From assembly GCA_951406725.2 (NCBI GenBank), contig OX597837.1, positions 10,788,001-10,852,000 of the forward strand: a stretch of DNA of 64,000 bases, written 5' to 3'. This document shows, in pieces, positions 1 through 13,523 of the stretch. Within the stretch, counting starts at the first letter, position 1; each line of letters opens with the position of its first letter. The notes under the pieces are model-generated. The model ran no database searches and was not told the DNA's origin. It saw nothing but the letters and a program-made list of their open reading frames with translations. This stretch comes from Octopus vulgaris (taxonomy: Eukaryota). The position numbers and the translations under genes were made by a program.

Positions 1-58
1 TTAACTGCTTTGTTTTCGTACTTCGTGTTGTTTACACAGTTGGTGACGTCCTGTACCC

Positions 59-63
59 ATATA

Positions 64-125
<62 letters not shown>

Positions 126-166
126 TATATGTGTATATATATATATATATGTATGTATACACACAT

Positions 167-203
<37 letters not shown>

Positions 204-249
204 ATATATACATACATACATACATAATATATACATAATATATACATAC

Positions 250-297
<48 letters not shown>

Positions 298-480
298 GTA
301 TGTATGTATGTATGTATATATTATTTATAGTATGTATGCATGTATGTATGTATGTATGTATGTATGTATGTATGTATGTATGTATGTATGTATGTATGTA
401 TGTATGTATGTGTGTATGTATGAATATACACATCTCATACTTATAGAAACGCATACATACACACACACATACATATACAC
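59..480. repeat. Compound microsatellite (TA)n/(CA)n/(TACA)n/(TATG)n
   Basis: Read directly; source of the Y/I/C/V/M-rich spurious ORFs. Confidence 0.97.
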
Positions 481-889
481 GAACACAAGTCACAGTACCG
501 TCATAGCCTTTTATTCATTATAAGCAGGATTTCTTTAATAATGTAGTCTGAAATAAGTTGTTTCAAAAAGACGAGATAGTCACGGTCAGAATCGCTTTTG
601 GTCATCATAGGTCGCCGACTGAACAATAGCTAAACCGCAGTCGAAGCAACTACTCGGAATTGAATACTACAATACGACTAAATTTTTAAAAATGATCAGC
701 AAGGGAAACAACTCTTTATGTACTGAATGTCGCTGAAAAATACGCCTTTGCAATATTCTTGATGGGCGAAATGCTTAGCGATATTTTTCATGCCGTTACG
801 ATAATATGGGGAATCAGTTGATCAACTGCTTACAAGACAAATGAGAAACGAAAAATACCGACAGCACATGCACGAGCAACCGTTTTATT

Positions 890-1206
890 TATTTATTTAT
901 GCGCCCTTTTCAAGCCTGGCCAGGCTCATGGCCCGGTTTCCCGGGTTTTGTGGCGCATGTATTCCCCCCAGCTGGACGGGACGCCAGTTCATTGCAGCGT
1001 TACTCAAGAAACAGGAAGAGAGAGTGATAGAAAGTTGGGGCGAAAGAGTACAACAGGGGTTGCCACCACCCTCTGCCGGAGCCTCATGGAGCTTATAGGT
1101 GTTTTCGCTCAATAAACACCCACAACGCCCGGTCTGAGAATCGAAACCGCGATCCTCCGACCGCGAGTCCGCTGCCCTAACCACTGGGCCATTGCACCCC
1201 CCACAC
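890..1206 (-). mobile_element. tRNA-derived SINE, family C (other copies about 10540-10840, 21880-22170, 60280-60552, all minus)
   Basis: Minus-strand head with Pol III A box TGGCCCAGTGG and B box GGTTTCGATTC; (TAAA)n tail; head and body recur four times. Confidence 0.85.
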
Positions 1207-1871
1207 AAGCAACCGTTATACCCGCATATTTTCTATTGGACAATCACAGGTGTACAACAAGTGTGATTGGCAAATGAGTGTGTAGCCGCTGCGTGGGTTT
1301 TTAAGGCCAACTACAAAAAAAGGATGAAAGCAAACGAAAAATTGAAAAATCTTAAAATTCTAAACCTTATCTGTTTCAAGCCACCCTGTTTTCACGATAC
1401 TTCAGCATCCCTTAGGGGATCGCGGACCCCACTTTGAGAATCACTGCTTTAAATCTTACGAAGGTCTTGCAGATTTTTATAATCCCAGATACAGTGACCA
1501 TTTGTAACGTATGTATGAAGGACTGGCGTTCTTTCTCCAAGATCCTAACTTCAGCCATACTTTGCTCCAGACGGGTTTGCATGTGTATATGTATGTGTGT
1601 ATGCTATGCATGTGTTGGGGTTTTGCCCCACCAATGCTGGGCAACCAGTGTTGGTTTGTTTACGTTCCTGTAACTTAACGGTTTGACAAAAGTTACCGAT
1701 AGAATGAGTACTGGGCTTATGAAAAATAAGTACTGTGATCGATTTGTTCGACTAAATCCGTCAATGCGGTGCCCCAGCATGGCCGCAGTCCAATGACTAA
1801 AATAAAATATAAAAATGACTAAAGTTATCTCCCCTTAACTGGAAGTATCAATTCTTTCTACTTCGTCCATC

Positions 1872-3020
1872 TCTGTCTGTCTATCTACCTGTCTGTCTGT
1901 CTGTCTATCTGTCTGACTGTCTATCTATCTGTCTGTCTGTCTGTCTATCTATCTGTCTGTCTGACTCTCTGTCTGTCTAACTGTCTATCTATCTATCTAT
2001 CCGTGTGTCTGTCTGTCTATCTATCTGGCTGTCTCTCTCTCTCTCTCTATCTATCTATCTATTTGTCTGTCTGCATGTCTCTCTCTCTCTCTCTCTTTAT
2101 CTATCTATTTGTCTGTCTGTCTAACTATCTGTCTGTCTGCCTGTCTCTCTATCTACCGGCGTTTTTCTCCCTCAATTTAATATATTACCTGAATCTCTCC
2201 CTGTCTCCCTAAAAGTGGTGATGGTGGTTCGTGGAGGCATTGAATCTGTATCACCTCCTCTTTCTTTCTGTCTCTCTATCTTTCGCTCTTCTATCTCCCT
2301 CTTTCCCTCTCTCTATTTCTTATCTTTCTTTCTTTCTGCTTCTTTCTTTCAATCTTAATACTCTTCCTCGTCATTTTCTCTCTCTCTCTCTCTTCGTCTT
2401 TCTGTATCTATCCTCCTCTACTTATTCCTCGTCTCTCCTCCTCCTCCTCTCTCTCTCTCTGCGTCTTAATGTTTCCCTCTGCATATCTTTCTATCTCTCT
2501 TTTTGTTTTCTCTTTTTCCTCGTTCTATCTTCTCCTCACCCCACCTCTCTCTCTTTCTCCCTCTCTGACATCCAGACGCGCGCGCAAACCCACACCTGCA
2601 TCCATACACATACACACTTTCCTCTTGCCGTCTATCTCCCCCCTCTCCTCTCGTTCAATTCTATCTATCTATCTTTTATCATCCCTCCCTCTCTCTCTCT
2701 CAGTTACTATCTATTTACACCTATCTATTTACATCTATTTACATCTGCCCTACTCACATTTGATGTATCTATCTCTTCCTCCCTCCCTTTATCCATCTGT
2801 ACATCTTCCTCACTTCTCACTTCCTCTCTCTATATCTATATTCCTTTCTCTTACCCTCTCTATCTCTTTCCCTTACTCTGTCTCTCTATTTATCTCCCTT
2901 CCTGACTCTCCTATTGTCATTCACTTCTTTTCGCTTTCCCTTCTCTCCCCCTCTCTCTGTATCTCCCTACCTGTCTATCATCATATTCCTCAACTCTCTA
3001 CCTCTCTTCTTTCACTCTAT
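1872..3020. repeat. (CTGT)/(CTAT) microsatellite and long CT-rich polypyrimidine tract
   Basis: Read directly. Confidence 0.9.
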
Positions 3021-3329
3021 CCCATTGGGTCGATAAATTAAGTACCAGTTACGCACTGGGGTCGATGTAATCGACTTAATCCATTTGTCTGTCCTTGTTT
3101 ATCCCTTCTGTGTTTAGCCCCTTGTGGATAGTAAAGAAATAGAAATAGGTATTTCGTCTGTCTTTACATTCTGAGTTCAAATTCCGCAGAGGTCGACATT
3201 GCCTTTCATCCTTTCGGGGTCAATAAATTAGGTACCAGTTTCGTATTGAGGTCGATTTAACCGACTGGCCTCCTCACTCCCCCCAAATTTCAGGCCTTGT
3301 GCCTAGAGCAGAAAAAATATTACAAACTC

Positions 3330-3785
3330 CATCACTACACATCTACTACTATTACTATCCTTACTACTACTACTACTACTACTACTACTATTCTTTCTAC
3401 TACTACTACTACTACTATTCTTACTACTACTACTACTACAGCTAGTTATAGAAGTAGTAATAGTAGTAATAGTTGTGGTCGTCGTCGCCGTTATCATCAT
3501 CATCATAGTCGTAACCCACACTACCACATTACCAACAACACCACTACGTATCACCACCACCATCGCTATCTCTACTTCGACTACTACCACTACTACCGCT
3601 AGGAATAGCGGTAGTCATCGTCGTCGTCGTCGTCATCATCACAGCCGTAACCCTCTCTATAATATTACTACTACCAACACCCCTACAAAAATCACAACCA
3701 CCACCGCCACCATCACTACCACTATAACCCCCTCCATCTCTACAACTACTACTACTAGCACTACTACTACAGCTAGTAATAGTAT
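3330..3785. repeat. Mixed trinucleotide low-complexity tract (ACT/CAT/CGT/ACC) with internal duplication
   Basis: Read directly; about 3440-3600 is repeated at about 3600-3785. Confidence 0.9.
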
Positions 3786-3884
3786 CTATTTTCACCATCT
3801 GCCATACTCACATTTTATGCATTTATCTCTTTCTTCCTCCCTTTTTCCATCTGTACAACTTCTTCCATTTCTCGTTTCCTCCGT

Positions 3885-4290
3885 CTACATCTTTTTTTTC
3901 TCTTACTCTTTCTCGCTCTTTCTCTTACCCTCCCTCTGTTTTTCTCTCACCCTCTCTCGCTTTCTCTTACTCTCTCTCTTTATCTTACCCTCTCTGTCTT
4001 TCTCTTACCCTCTCTCGCTTTCTCTTACCCTCTGTCTCTTTCTCTTACCTTCTCTCTCGCTTTCTTTTACCCTCTATCTCTTTCTCTTTTTCTCTCTCTC
4101 TTTCTCTTACCCTCCCTGTCTTTCTCTTACCCTCTATCTTTTTCTCTTACGCTTCCTCTCTTTCTCTAACCCCCTCTCTTTCTTTCTTTTACCCTCTGTC
4201 TTTTTCTCTTACCATCCCTCTCTTTCTCTAACCCTCTCTATTTTTCTCTTACCGTCCCTGTCTTTCTCTTACTTTGTCTTTCTCTCTACG
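3885..4290. repeat. Polypyrimidine minisatellite, unit about 16-20 bp (CTCTTTCTCTTACCCT)
   Basis: About 20 degenerate tandem units. Confidence 0.9.
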
Positions 4291-4359
4291 CTCGTCGTCG
4301 TAGTCGTGGTCGTGGGGATCGCCGTCATCGCAGTCGTACCTCAGTCCCACAGTGTCTGT

Positions 4360-4436
4360 CTATTATAAACTACAAACTACCCACAATCCCTCATTCCTAC
4401 ATTGTGTCTTTAGAGAAGATTGACAAGGCGCCATTA
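4360..4436 (+). promoter_or_regulatory. Candidate promoter with ZNF143/Staf-type site and YY1-like motif
   Basis: ACTACAAACTACCCACAATCCC at about 4370-4391 matches the ACTACA + SBS (YYWCCCRNMATSCMY) arrangement; GCGCCATT near 4428 is YY1-like; the unique sequence from here to about 5.8 kb retains many CpGs. Confidence 0.55.
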
Positions 4437-4517
4437 ATGCTCCTGTATTCTACACAAAAAACACAACAAATATCTCGCTTCGTCTCGCCTGCTTTTAGTT
4501 TCCAACCCAAAAATACT
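4400..4517 (+). other. Candidate distal first exon (5' end approximate)
   Basis: Follows the promoter motifs; ends at ACT|GTAAGC donor (GT 4518); ATG 4437 gives 27 codons in phase 0 with the 61465 exon. Confidence 0.45.
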
Positions 4518-5699
4518 GTAAGCATTCGTTTTAGTATCATTACTATCATTGTTACGATCTATTTTTCAAAAAAATATAATCCGAAACACTCTGAATGTCA
4601 ATTCGGGTTTTTTATGTTTTTTGGTGATTTCATTAATGTGTGCGTGTGTGTGTATCTGTATAAAATATTTCAGAAATATCCTTTTCTTATGTATATTCTT
4701 TTATCGTCATTCCTTAACATCTACCTCTGTCTTTATGTATGTATGTGTGATTAAATACCTTGCTGTTTCTTGTATATTTGATTTCTAGTGAAGGGGTGGC
4801 TTAAATGCTGGTTAGATTAAGAGTCGTTTGATCGGTATCTTTGCACCTCTTAATCGTATCGATCTCATAAAGTACCATTCAGTTTTAAAATATCCATATA
4901 TATATATATATATACATACATACACGGTTATTTATGTATGACGACGATGATGATGAAATTCTTTGTTATTTCTTGTATATTATATAATTCTAGTAGCATA
5001 ATCGAATACTACAAGACGAAGGGTCCCTTGATCGGGATGTTTTACCCTTTTTTAATATCGATCCGATAAGGGCGAAATAAAAAAAAAAAAGTTATGAGGT
5101 ACTTGAACTAGAATTCTGCTCAGATAAAGGTATACCATTGAGGTTTTGATTTGAAGTAAAATGAAGTGAAATAACTTTCTTTTCTGGGAACACTGAAACT
5201 CGAAGTAATATATAAAAGCTATAGTTAACAGCTTGTAAAATCTTAGATTAAGAAACCAAAAAAATATCCTTTGAATATAAAAAAAGTTGAAGGTTGTCAT
5301 GGGACACACGTCATTAAAATAAAGTATTTTTTGGGGAAGGTTTTAATATCATAAAATCCACCGTGGCCTCTTTTGCTCAAATGTGTGTGTGTCTGTTAAA
5401 AACCCTGTTATGGGTGGGTTTGTTCGAAATCAATATTAACCCTATTGAGAATCGATCGTTCTCATCACCCCTTTACTTCTCTTGTAATCGTTTCCGGTTT
5501 TGGGTATAATGTCGATCATATTGGCAAAGTATCGGGTACACGCGTACCAGTGAAATATTGAGCGTTGGTGTAATCGATTTATGCACGTCAATAGTGCTCC
5601 ACCCGATTTAAAATTAAGAAGGAAAAGCATTAATGAATTTTTTATCTTGTGCTTATAGAATTATATATATATATATATATATACACATATATATATATA

Positions 5700-6249
5700 T
5701 TCTTGAGGTAGTTCGAATCCCGGTCAAATATCGATTTTTGCCCCTCTTGAATCATTTAATCGTTTCCGAGATTCGATAGAATAAAATGTACCAGTGAAAT
5801 ACTGGGGGGGGGGGGGGGTCATTTATATTTGGGTTTCTTCTTCTTCACTTCCAAAAGAAAAAGAAAAGTACCAGGAATATGTCTTTAGACTTGTGACCAT
5901 CTTATGAAAAAATATTTTTTTTTATGAAATCGGTTCAAACCCCGGTCAAAGATCGGTTTTTGGTTTCTCGTCATTTCCATGGGGTTTCGATAAGAATAAA
6001 AAACAATATCAGTCATTTGCTGGGTTCTTATATAAAACCAAGTACCTTCCTATTCTTTCCCTTCCAAAACACACACACACACATACATATATGTGTGTGT
6101 GTAGATGTGTATGTGGCCCCGGCCATTCAAATCTAGGTCAAAGATCAATCTTTCGCTTCATCATTTCCAAGGGGTTTCAATAAGAATTTTAAAAAATATA
6201 CCGGTCATTTACTGAGGTTTTACCTTCCTATCCTTTCCCTTCCAACACG

Positions 6250-6283
<34 letters not shown>

Positions 6284-8830
6284 GATGTATATGTGGCCCT
6301 GGTCATTTCAAATTGAAGTCAAAGATCAATCTTTTGCCTCATCATTTCTGAGGGTTGATAGTTTTGGTAGAATAAAAAAATAACCAAGTACCTTACGCTT
6401 TGCCTTTTCCCTCTGAAGGTAGTCAAAATGAATTTATGGCCCTGTACCCATCCTTAAAGTTTTTTTTTTTTGTAATGCACTTCAAATCCCTGTCAAAGAT
6501 CAATTTTAGCCACTATCTGTTCTGGGGAGGGTTTTGATAAAGATACCAGTTATATACAGTGGATTAGATATAACTGAGTACCTTCCTTCTTTCCTCACTC
6601 CAATGCCGCAAAAATAAATTTGTGGTCCAGGATCTATCTTTTCTCAGTGATTGAACTGCTGGGGTACCACCCTGAAGGGTCTGGTTGTACAACTTGGCCC
6701 TAGTATGTATTTGTTTCTAAGCCTGGTACTTAGACTATTTTTGCCAAACTACCAAAGTTACAGGGACGTAAACAAACCAGCACCGGTTATCAAGCCATGA
6801 TGGTGGACAAATGCAGACACAAAGACACGTGCCTGTGTGTATGTGTATAAACAGGCTTCTTTCAGTTTCCATCAACCAAATTTACTCACCAGGCTTTCAT
6901 TGACCTGGGGTTATAGTAGAAGACACTTGTCCTAGGTGCCACACAGTGGGACTGAACCTGAGACCTTGTGGTTGGGAAGCAAACTTCCTATCACACAGCC
7001 ATGCCTTTTCTCAATCCCAAAGATCAATTTATGAGAGTAGTGTGGGCTGATAACTTTAAAAATACCAGTCATATGGTAGGGACTGTATAACTAAGTACCT
7101 TTCTAATTTTCCCCTTCCCCCAAAAATGTACCAAAAATTAATTAGTCTTGTGTTCATTTTCTTAAGGCATTTCAACTCCTTGTCAAAGATTGATTTTCAC
7201 TTCTCATCATGTTGGGTTGATAAAGTTAAAATACGAGACAAATATTAGGGGTCAGATGTCACTGAGTACCTTCCTACTCTTTCCCTTCCCAAAAACAAAT
7301 TTGTGGCCCTTTTAAAAAGAAAATATTTTCTTAAGACAGTTCAAATTTTAAAGATCAATTTTTTTCCTTGTTCTCAGTAAGGGAGTTCAGTAAAATATAA
7401 AATACCAATGATATACTTGTGGGGAGGGTTAGATATAGCCGAATACCTTCCTACTGCCCCACTCCTCCCCATGAAAAATGTAGCAAAAGTAAGTTTGGTT
7501 TATGTTAAGTAGTGAAAGATTGATTTTTTTTGAAAGAGGAGGTTGATAACTTTAAAAGTACCATTCATATGCTAGGGACCTTATATAACCATGTACCTTC
7601 CTAATTTTTCCCTTCCAACAAAAAAATGTACCGAAAATAAATTTGTGGCCCTGTGTCTATTTTCTTAACCCTTTCGTTACCAACCCGGCTGAAACCGCCT
7701 CTGGGTCTCTAGTACAAATGTCTTGTTTTCATAAGTTTTGAATTAGAATCTTTCATCAAACCTTAGTCACAATTTATGTTCCTAACACTAGCTGAATGAT
7801 AACTAAGTTATTTTACTAAATTCTTATATTTAAAATTAATTGAAAGAAAACACAGAGCATCTCAAAATAAATACGGTAATGAAAGGGTTAGGGCATTTCA
7901 AATCCCTGTCAAAGATTGAATTTTGCTTCTCATCATTTCCAAGGGTGGGAAAGGTCAATAAAATAAAAATTACTAGATAGATCTTTGGGGTTAGATATAA
8001 CTGAGTACCTTCCTACCCTTTCTCTTCAAAACAAAAAAAAAAAAAAAAATTAGCAAAAATCTATGGCCCTGCGCCTATGTTAAAGAATTATTTCCTTAAC
8101 CCAGTCAGATCTATTTTCACCTCTAATTTTTAGAGCTGGAGATCAGTAAAAATACCGGTCATATATTTGGGTTCAGTTGTATCCCAGTACTTCCCTTCTC
8201 TTTACATTTTCTCCCAAAACATCAAAACTATATTTCTGGCCCTACACCTTTTAAATTCCAATCAAAGATTGGTGTTCACCTCTCATTATTTCAGAGATGG
8301 ATAGGGTTGATAAAATATAAATACCAGTTAAATATTAGGGGTTAGATATAACCGAAAACCTTCCCATTCTTTTCCTTCCAAATGTGTAGCAAAAAATAAT
8401 TTGTTCCCTTGTACCCATTCCTAAAATAACATTATCTTAAGGCAATTGAAATTATGGTCAAAGATTGGTTTTTGCCTCTCATCATTTCTGGGTGGACAGG
8501 GTCAATAATATAATAATATCAGTCAAATATTTGGGATTCCATATTACTGAGTGCCTTTCTAGTCCTTTTCTTCCCCCCCAAATTTTTTTTTTTTTGAAAG
8601 TAGTAAGAATAAATTTGAACAAAAATATATTCTCCTGAACCAGTTCCACTCCCTGCAGATTTTGACATTTAGATTTCATCATTTATTAAAATAGTGTTTG
8701 GTACTCTCATGGGGGTTGGCTCAAAAATTTGTTGGCCATGTGGCTTATGTTACAAATATCATCACCATCATTCCATTATGTTTTGAGTTCAAATCCGGCT
8801 GAGGTCAGTTTTGCTGTTGATTCTTCAGAG
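5700..8830 (+). repeat. Degenerate tandem array of a 160-220 bp SINE-derived unit
   Basis: Recurrent TTCAAATCC..GTCAAAGATCRATTTT...TACCAGT...GAGTACCTTCCT...GTGGCCC at about 5712, 5933, 6127, 6307, 6481, 7010, 7171, 7340, 7515, 7897, 8100, 8254, 8447. Confidence 0.8.
7665..7891 (+). mobile_element. piggyBac-like MITE monomer (family P1)
   Basis: TTAA|CCCTTTCGTTACC ... GGTAATGAAAGGG|TTAG; other copies about 32118-32300 (partial) and 62655-62884. Confidence 0.85.
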
Positions 8831-8835
8831 ACTCC

Positions 8836-9047
8836 ATCATCATCATCGTTTAACGTCCGTTTTCCATGCTAGCATGGGTTGGACTGTTCGACCGGGGATC
8901 TGGGAAGCCAGGAGGCTGCACCAGGCTCCAGTCTGATCTGGCAGTGTTTCTACAGCTGGATGCCCTTCCTAATGCCAACCACTCCGTGAGTGTAGTGGGT
9001 GCTTTTTACATGTCACCTGCACAGGTGCCAGGGGAGACTGGCAATGC
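8836..9047 (-). mobile_element. RTE-related short element, family B (copies also about 22660, 28045, 36277, 46905, 49084 minus; 30110, 57822 plus)
   Basis: GGTTGGCRTTAGGAAGGGCATCCAGCTGTA body, similar to RTE 5'-UTR sequence as I recall it; TTAAACGATGATG tail; many near-identical copies. Confidence 0.8.
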
Positions 9048-9659
9048 CTCCCCCCCTTTTTTTTTTCTTTTAACTTTAGGACACCACCCTGAGGAATTTT
9101 TAGTTGAGTGTATTGACCCCCAGTACCTATTTTTTTAATTTTTAAAGCCTGGTGCTTATTCTATTGGTCTCTTTTGCTGAACCACTAAGTTCTGGAAATG
9201 CAAACACACACACGACAGGCCTCTTTCAGTTTCAATCAACCAGATCCACTCACGAGGCTTTGGTCAGCCTGAGGCTATAGTAGAAGACACCTGCTCAGGG
9301 TGCCATGCATTGACACTGAAACCAAAACCATATGATTTGGAAGTGAACTGCTTACCACACAGCCAAGCCTTGCCTGTAAAATAAAAGCGAAAAAAATACT
9401 GGTTCTAAATCAACTGATTCCCTTGGGTCCTAGAGCCCACAGGGCCAGCTATCCAGTTTACATAGCATATAAATGATCATGGTCACAATATTGCCCCTGG
9501 ATAGGACACCAGTCCATTGCAGAGTTAATTCATTTACAGCTGAGTGGACTGGAGCAACTTGAAAAGAAGTGTTTTGCCCCAAAAACACAATGCCCTGCCC
9601 CGTCTAGAAATCAAAACTACGATTTTGCAATCGCGAGTGCAACACCCTAACCTCTAGGC

Positions 9660-9971
9660 CTGGGGTTCTCAACCATTTTTATATATGGATCCCTTTGATT
9701 ACTACTTTATTCTGGTGGACCCACCCTGCATAGCCATTTGATGTTGAGAAACTTGTTTTATAGAAATCCCTATTTTGTTTTTCACCCTTTAACTTGTGTA
9801 GGTTGAATTATGTAAATTATTAGAGAAAAAACCCAGCTGTTTCTTACAATACATACATCTAAAGCAAAATTTTTTCAGGGACCTTTAAGATACTATTGTG
9901 GATCCCCAGTTTACTTTTTTGTTGCTCAGACCTCACAAAATCTTATATGGACCCTGGTTGAGAAACCACTG
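9660..9971. mobile_element. hAT (Charlie-like) MITE inserted into a CORE-type SINE head
   Basis: TIRs CTGGGGTTCTCAACC / GGTTGAGAAACCACTG; 8-bp TSD CTCTAG(G/A)C. Confidence 0.8.
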
Positions 9972-10507
9972 CTCTAGACCATAAATCCTCACCTTTCACC
10001 TATCATCTGTCCACCAGATGAAAATTAATACCAGTGCTAGTAAGAATAATTATTATTCCCAATTTAGGCAGAGGGCTGGTAATTTTTAAGGGAAAGGGGT
10101 TAGTCTGTTCCCTCATCCCTAGTATTTGACTGGTACTTTATTTCATTGACCCCCGTAAGTATGGAAGGTAAAGCTGAATAGGGAACTGAGTTTCAACTCA
10201 GAATTTGAAGTGCTTCTACAAATCCCACAATTCATTTTCTCTGGTGCTCTAACGATTCCAAGTACCTCATGATCATCATTTAACGTCCCTTACTCCAAGC
10301 TGGCATGGGTCGGGAGACCAGAGGACTACACCACATTTTGTCTGCTTCGGCGTGGTGGTTTCTTCTGGGCCTGAAATTTTAGACTTGGGCATTTGTTGAT
10401 GCCTTTGGCCTCAGCGTTTGTCTGCTTGACTGGTACTAGAATTTTATCAAACCAGGAAGGATGAAAGTCTGTATTAGCAATTGTTATTTTACAATATCAG
10501 ATCATGG

Positions 10508-10545
<38 letters not shown>

Positions 10546-10834
10546 ATCACGTGGCCGACCAGGCTATCAGATGTTGCTACACATCGCTGGTCACAATGTG
10601 CTTCGCATTGTTTTTGCCTTCAAATGACGCCACCCCGCTGGCTAAGGGAGCAGGCCAACAGAAGAAAAAGTGAGAGAAAGTTGCGGTGAAAGAGTACAGC
10701 AGGGATCGCCACCACCCTTGCTGGAGCTTTAGGTGTTTTTGCTCAATAAACACTCACAACGCCCAGTCTGGGAATCGAAACCGCGATCCTACGACCGCGA
10801 GTCCGCTAACCTAACCACTGGGCCATTGCGCCTC

Positions 10835-10867
<33 letters not shown>

Positions 10868-11042
10868 TATATATATATATGTATATATATATGTATATAT
10901 ATATATGTATATTATATATGTATATGTATATATATATGTATATGTATATATGTATATATATATGTATATGTATATGTATATATATATGTATATATGTATG
11001 TATATATATGTTTTTTTTTTTTTATTATATATATATATATGT

Positions 11043-11105
<63 letters not shown>

Positions 11106-11260
11106 TATATCATCGTTTATACGTCCGTTATGTACGCTATGCATGATATATATATATATATGTATATATATATGTATATATATATGTATATATATATATG
11201 TATATATATGTATATATATATATATATATGTATGTATATATATATATGTATATATATATT
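10835..11260. repeat. (TA)n/(TATG)n microsatellite block
   Basis: Read directly. Confidence 0.95.
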
Positions 11261-11432
11261 TGGTTTGCAAGATTTTTTACGTGAATTCGTGTGTTGAAGC
11301 ATATTCTTTGACGGAAAGATGCTTTCTAGGGAAAGTCATTCTCTTTCAGTGCCTTTATTACTTAACACACTCACCGGTTCGATTTCCATTCATTCGTTGA
11401 CTGAATGACTCTCACTAGACACAGTAATATAT

Positions 11433-11833
11433 ATTCTTTTACTTGTTTCAGTCGTTTGACTGTGGTCATGCTGGAGCACTGCCTTTAGTAGAACAAATTG
11501 ACCCCAGGACTTATTCTTTGTAAGCTTAGTTCTTATTCTATCAAACTCTTTTGCCGAACTGCTAAGTTACAAGGATGTAAACACACCAACATCAGTTGTC
11601 AAGCGATGGTAAAGGGATTAACACAGACACACAAACATACATATGTATATATATATATATATACATCACACAAACACACGACAAGCTTCTTTCAGTTTCC
11701 ATCAACCAAATCCACTTTGGTCGGCCCAAGGCTATAGTAGAAGACACTTGCCCAAGGTGTCACACAGTGGGACTGAATCCAGAACCATGTGGTTGGTAAG
11801 CAAGTTATATACCACACAGCCACACCTGCGCCT
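11433..11833 (-). mobile_element. tRNA-derived SINE, family A (about 390 bp, internal TA/TG microsatellite)
   Basis: Minus-strand head TGGCTGTGTGG...GGTTCAGTCCC, CCTTGGGCAAGT, tail (GTAAAAGA)n; further minus copies about 6643, 9078, 13556, 13993, 15534, 20786, 21251, 38530, 39908, 40806, 42208, 44858, 57619. Confidence 0.9.
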
Positions 11834-12689
11834 ACGAATATATATATATATAAAATATTATTATTTCAGGCGGTGAGTTGGCAGAATTGTGAGCATGCTG
11901 GACAAAACGCTTAACAGTATTTTGCCTACTGCTACATTCTGAGTTCAAATTCCACCAGGGTTGACTTTGCCTTTTATCCTTTTGGGGTTGATAAAATAAG
12001 TACCAGTTGAACACTGGGGTCGATGTAATCGACTCATCCCCTCCCCCCAAATTGCTACCCTTGTGGCAAAATTTGAAACCATTATTATTATTAACGAGGA
12101 TGCATAGCCTGGTGATTAGAGCGTTGCACTCACAATCGCAAGATTGTGGTTTCAATTCCCAGACCGTGTGGTGCGTTGTGTTCTTGAGCAGAACACTTCA
12201 TCTCACATTGCTGGCAGAATCGTTAGCATGCCGGACGGGATGCTTAGTGGTATTTCGTCTGCTGTTACGTTCTGAGTTCAAATTCCACCGAAGTAGACTT
12301 TGCCTTTCATCCTTTCGGAGTTGATTAAATAAGTACCAGTTACGCACTGGGGCTGATGTAATCAACTTAATCCCTTTGTCTGTCCTTGTTTGTCCCATCT
12401 GTGTTTAGCCCCTTGTGGGCAATATAGAAATAACTTCATCTCACATTGCTCTGCTATCCGTTTGGGCACCTGATGTATGGTAGACCATGGACCTGTTTGG
12501 GCAACATCAATTTGATGGAGAGAGTGAACTAATGTACGCACATACATTTGACCCCTATAAGCACATCATTTGTGCAGGTCGTTCAGCCAAAAACTGAGCA
12601 CTCATACATTATCCTCACCAGGGGAGTCCTTCATTTTCAGCTCTTTATGTCTTGACAGACATTCTAAGCGGCAGAGAATGTCTTTATTA

Positions 12690-13523
12690 AGGTACCTGTA
12701 GTCTTCTTTCGCAGCTCATCTTTCCTATGTTTGATGAGCAAGTGCTGCAAGCAAAGAAGGTGATGCAGGGTTGCAGAGTGTTGTCTTTCTTTGGCATTCT
12801 ACTTTAACCCTTTCGTTACCAACCCGGCTGAAACCACCTCTGGCTCTGTAGTACAAATGTCTTGTTTTCGTAAGTTTTGAATTAAAATCTTCCACCAAAC
12901 CTTAGTCACAATTTATGTTCCTAACACTAGCTGAATGATAACTAAGTTATTTTACTAAATTTTTTGTTATATTTAAAATTAATTGAAAGAAACCTGACAG
13001 AGCATATCAACAGAAATATGGTAACAAAAGGGTTAAAATATATAATAGAGAAACAATTCTTAACCCTTTTGTTACTAACCCGGCTGAAACAATCTCTGAC
13101 TCTGTAGTACAAATGTCTTGTTTTCAAAAGTTTTGAATTAAAATCTTCCTCCAAACCTTAGTCACAATTTATGTTCCTAACACTAGCTGAATGATAACTA
13201 AGTTATTTTACTAAATTTTTTGTTATATTTAAAATCAATTGAAAGAAACACAGAGCATCTCAAAATAAATACAGTAACGAAAGGGTTAAGGGCTGGAATG
13301 TTTTCTTCCTTGAGCTCTTTGACTCTTTTGCTCACTGAGGTTTTCCATGCTGTTCTTTCTTCTACTAACTTTTCCCAAGTGTTTGCATCGATGTGGGGCT
13401 TGGTCAGGCTGCTCTTACATGTATCCTTAAAATCTCAGTTTTGGTCGTCCTCTGGATCCTGTACCCTGAGCCAACTCAAATAACAGCTATTTGGAAATTC
13501 TGTTGTCATGCATCTACTTAACA

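Noticed and set aside
30-60. ...ACA GT TGGTGACG as an LTR end plus primer-binding site, or a CRE motif
   Set aside because: At the window edge, followed by microsatellite; no supporting LTR or internal domain.
1130-1206. tRNA-like sequences here and at other SINE heads
   Set aside because: A and B boxes are present but there is no complete cloverleaf, and they are fused to SINE bodies.
5700-8830. CRISPR-like repeat/spacer appearance (also 23120-23370)
   Set aside because: Eukaryotic context, degenerate whole-unit tandem repeats, no unique spacers or cas genes.
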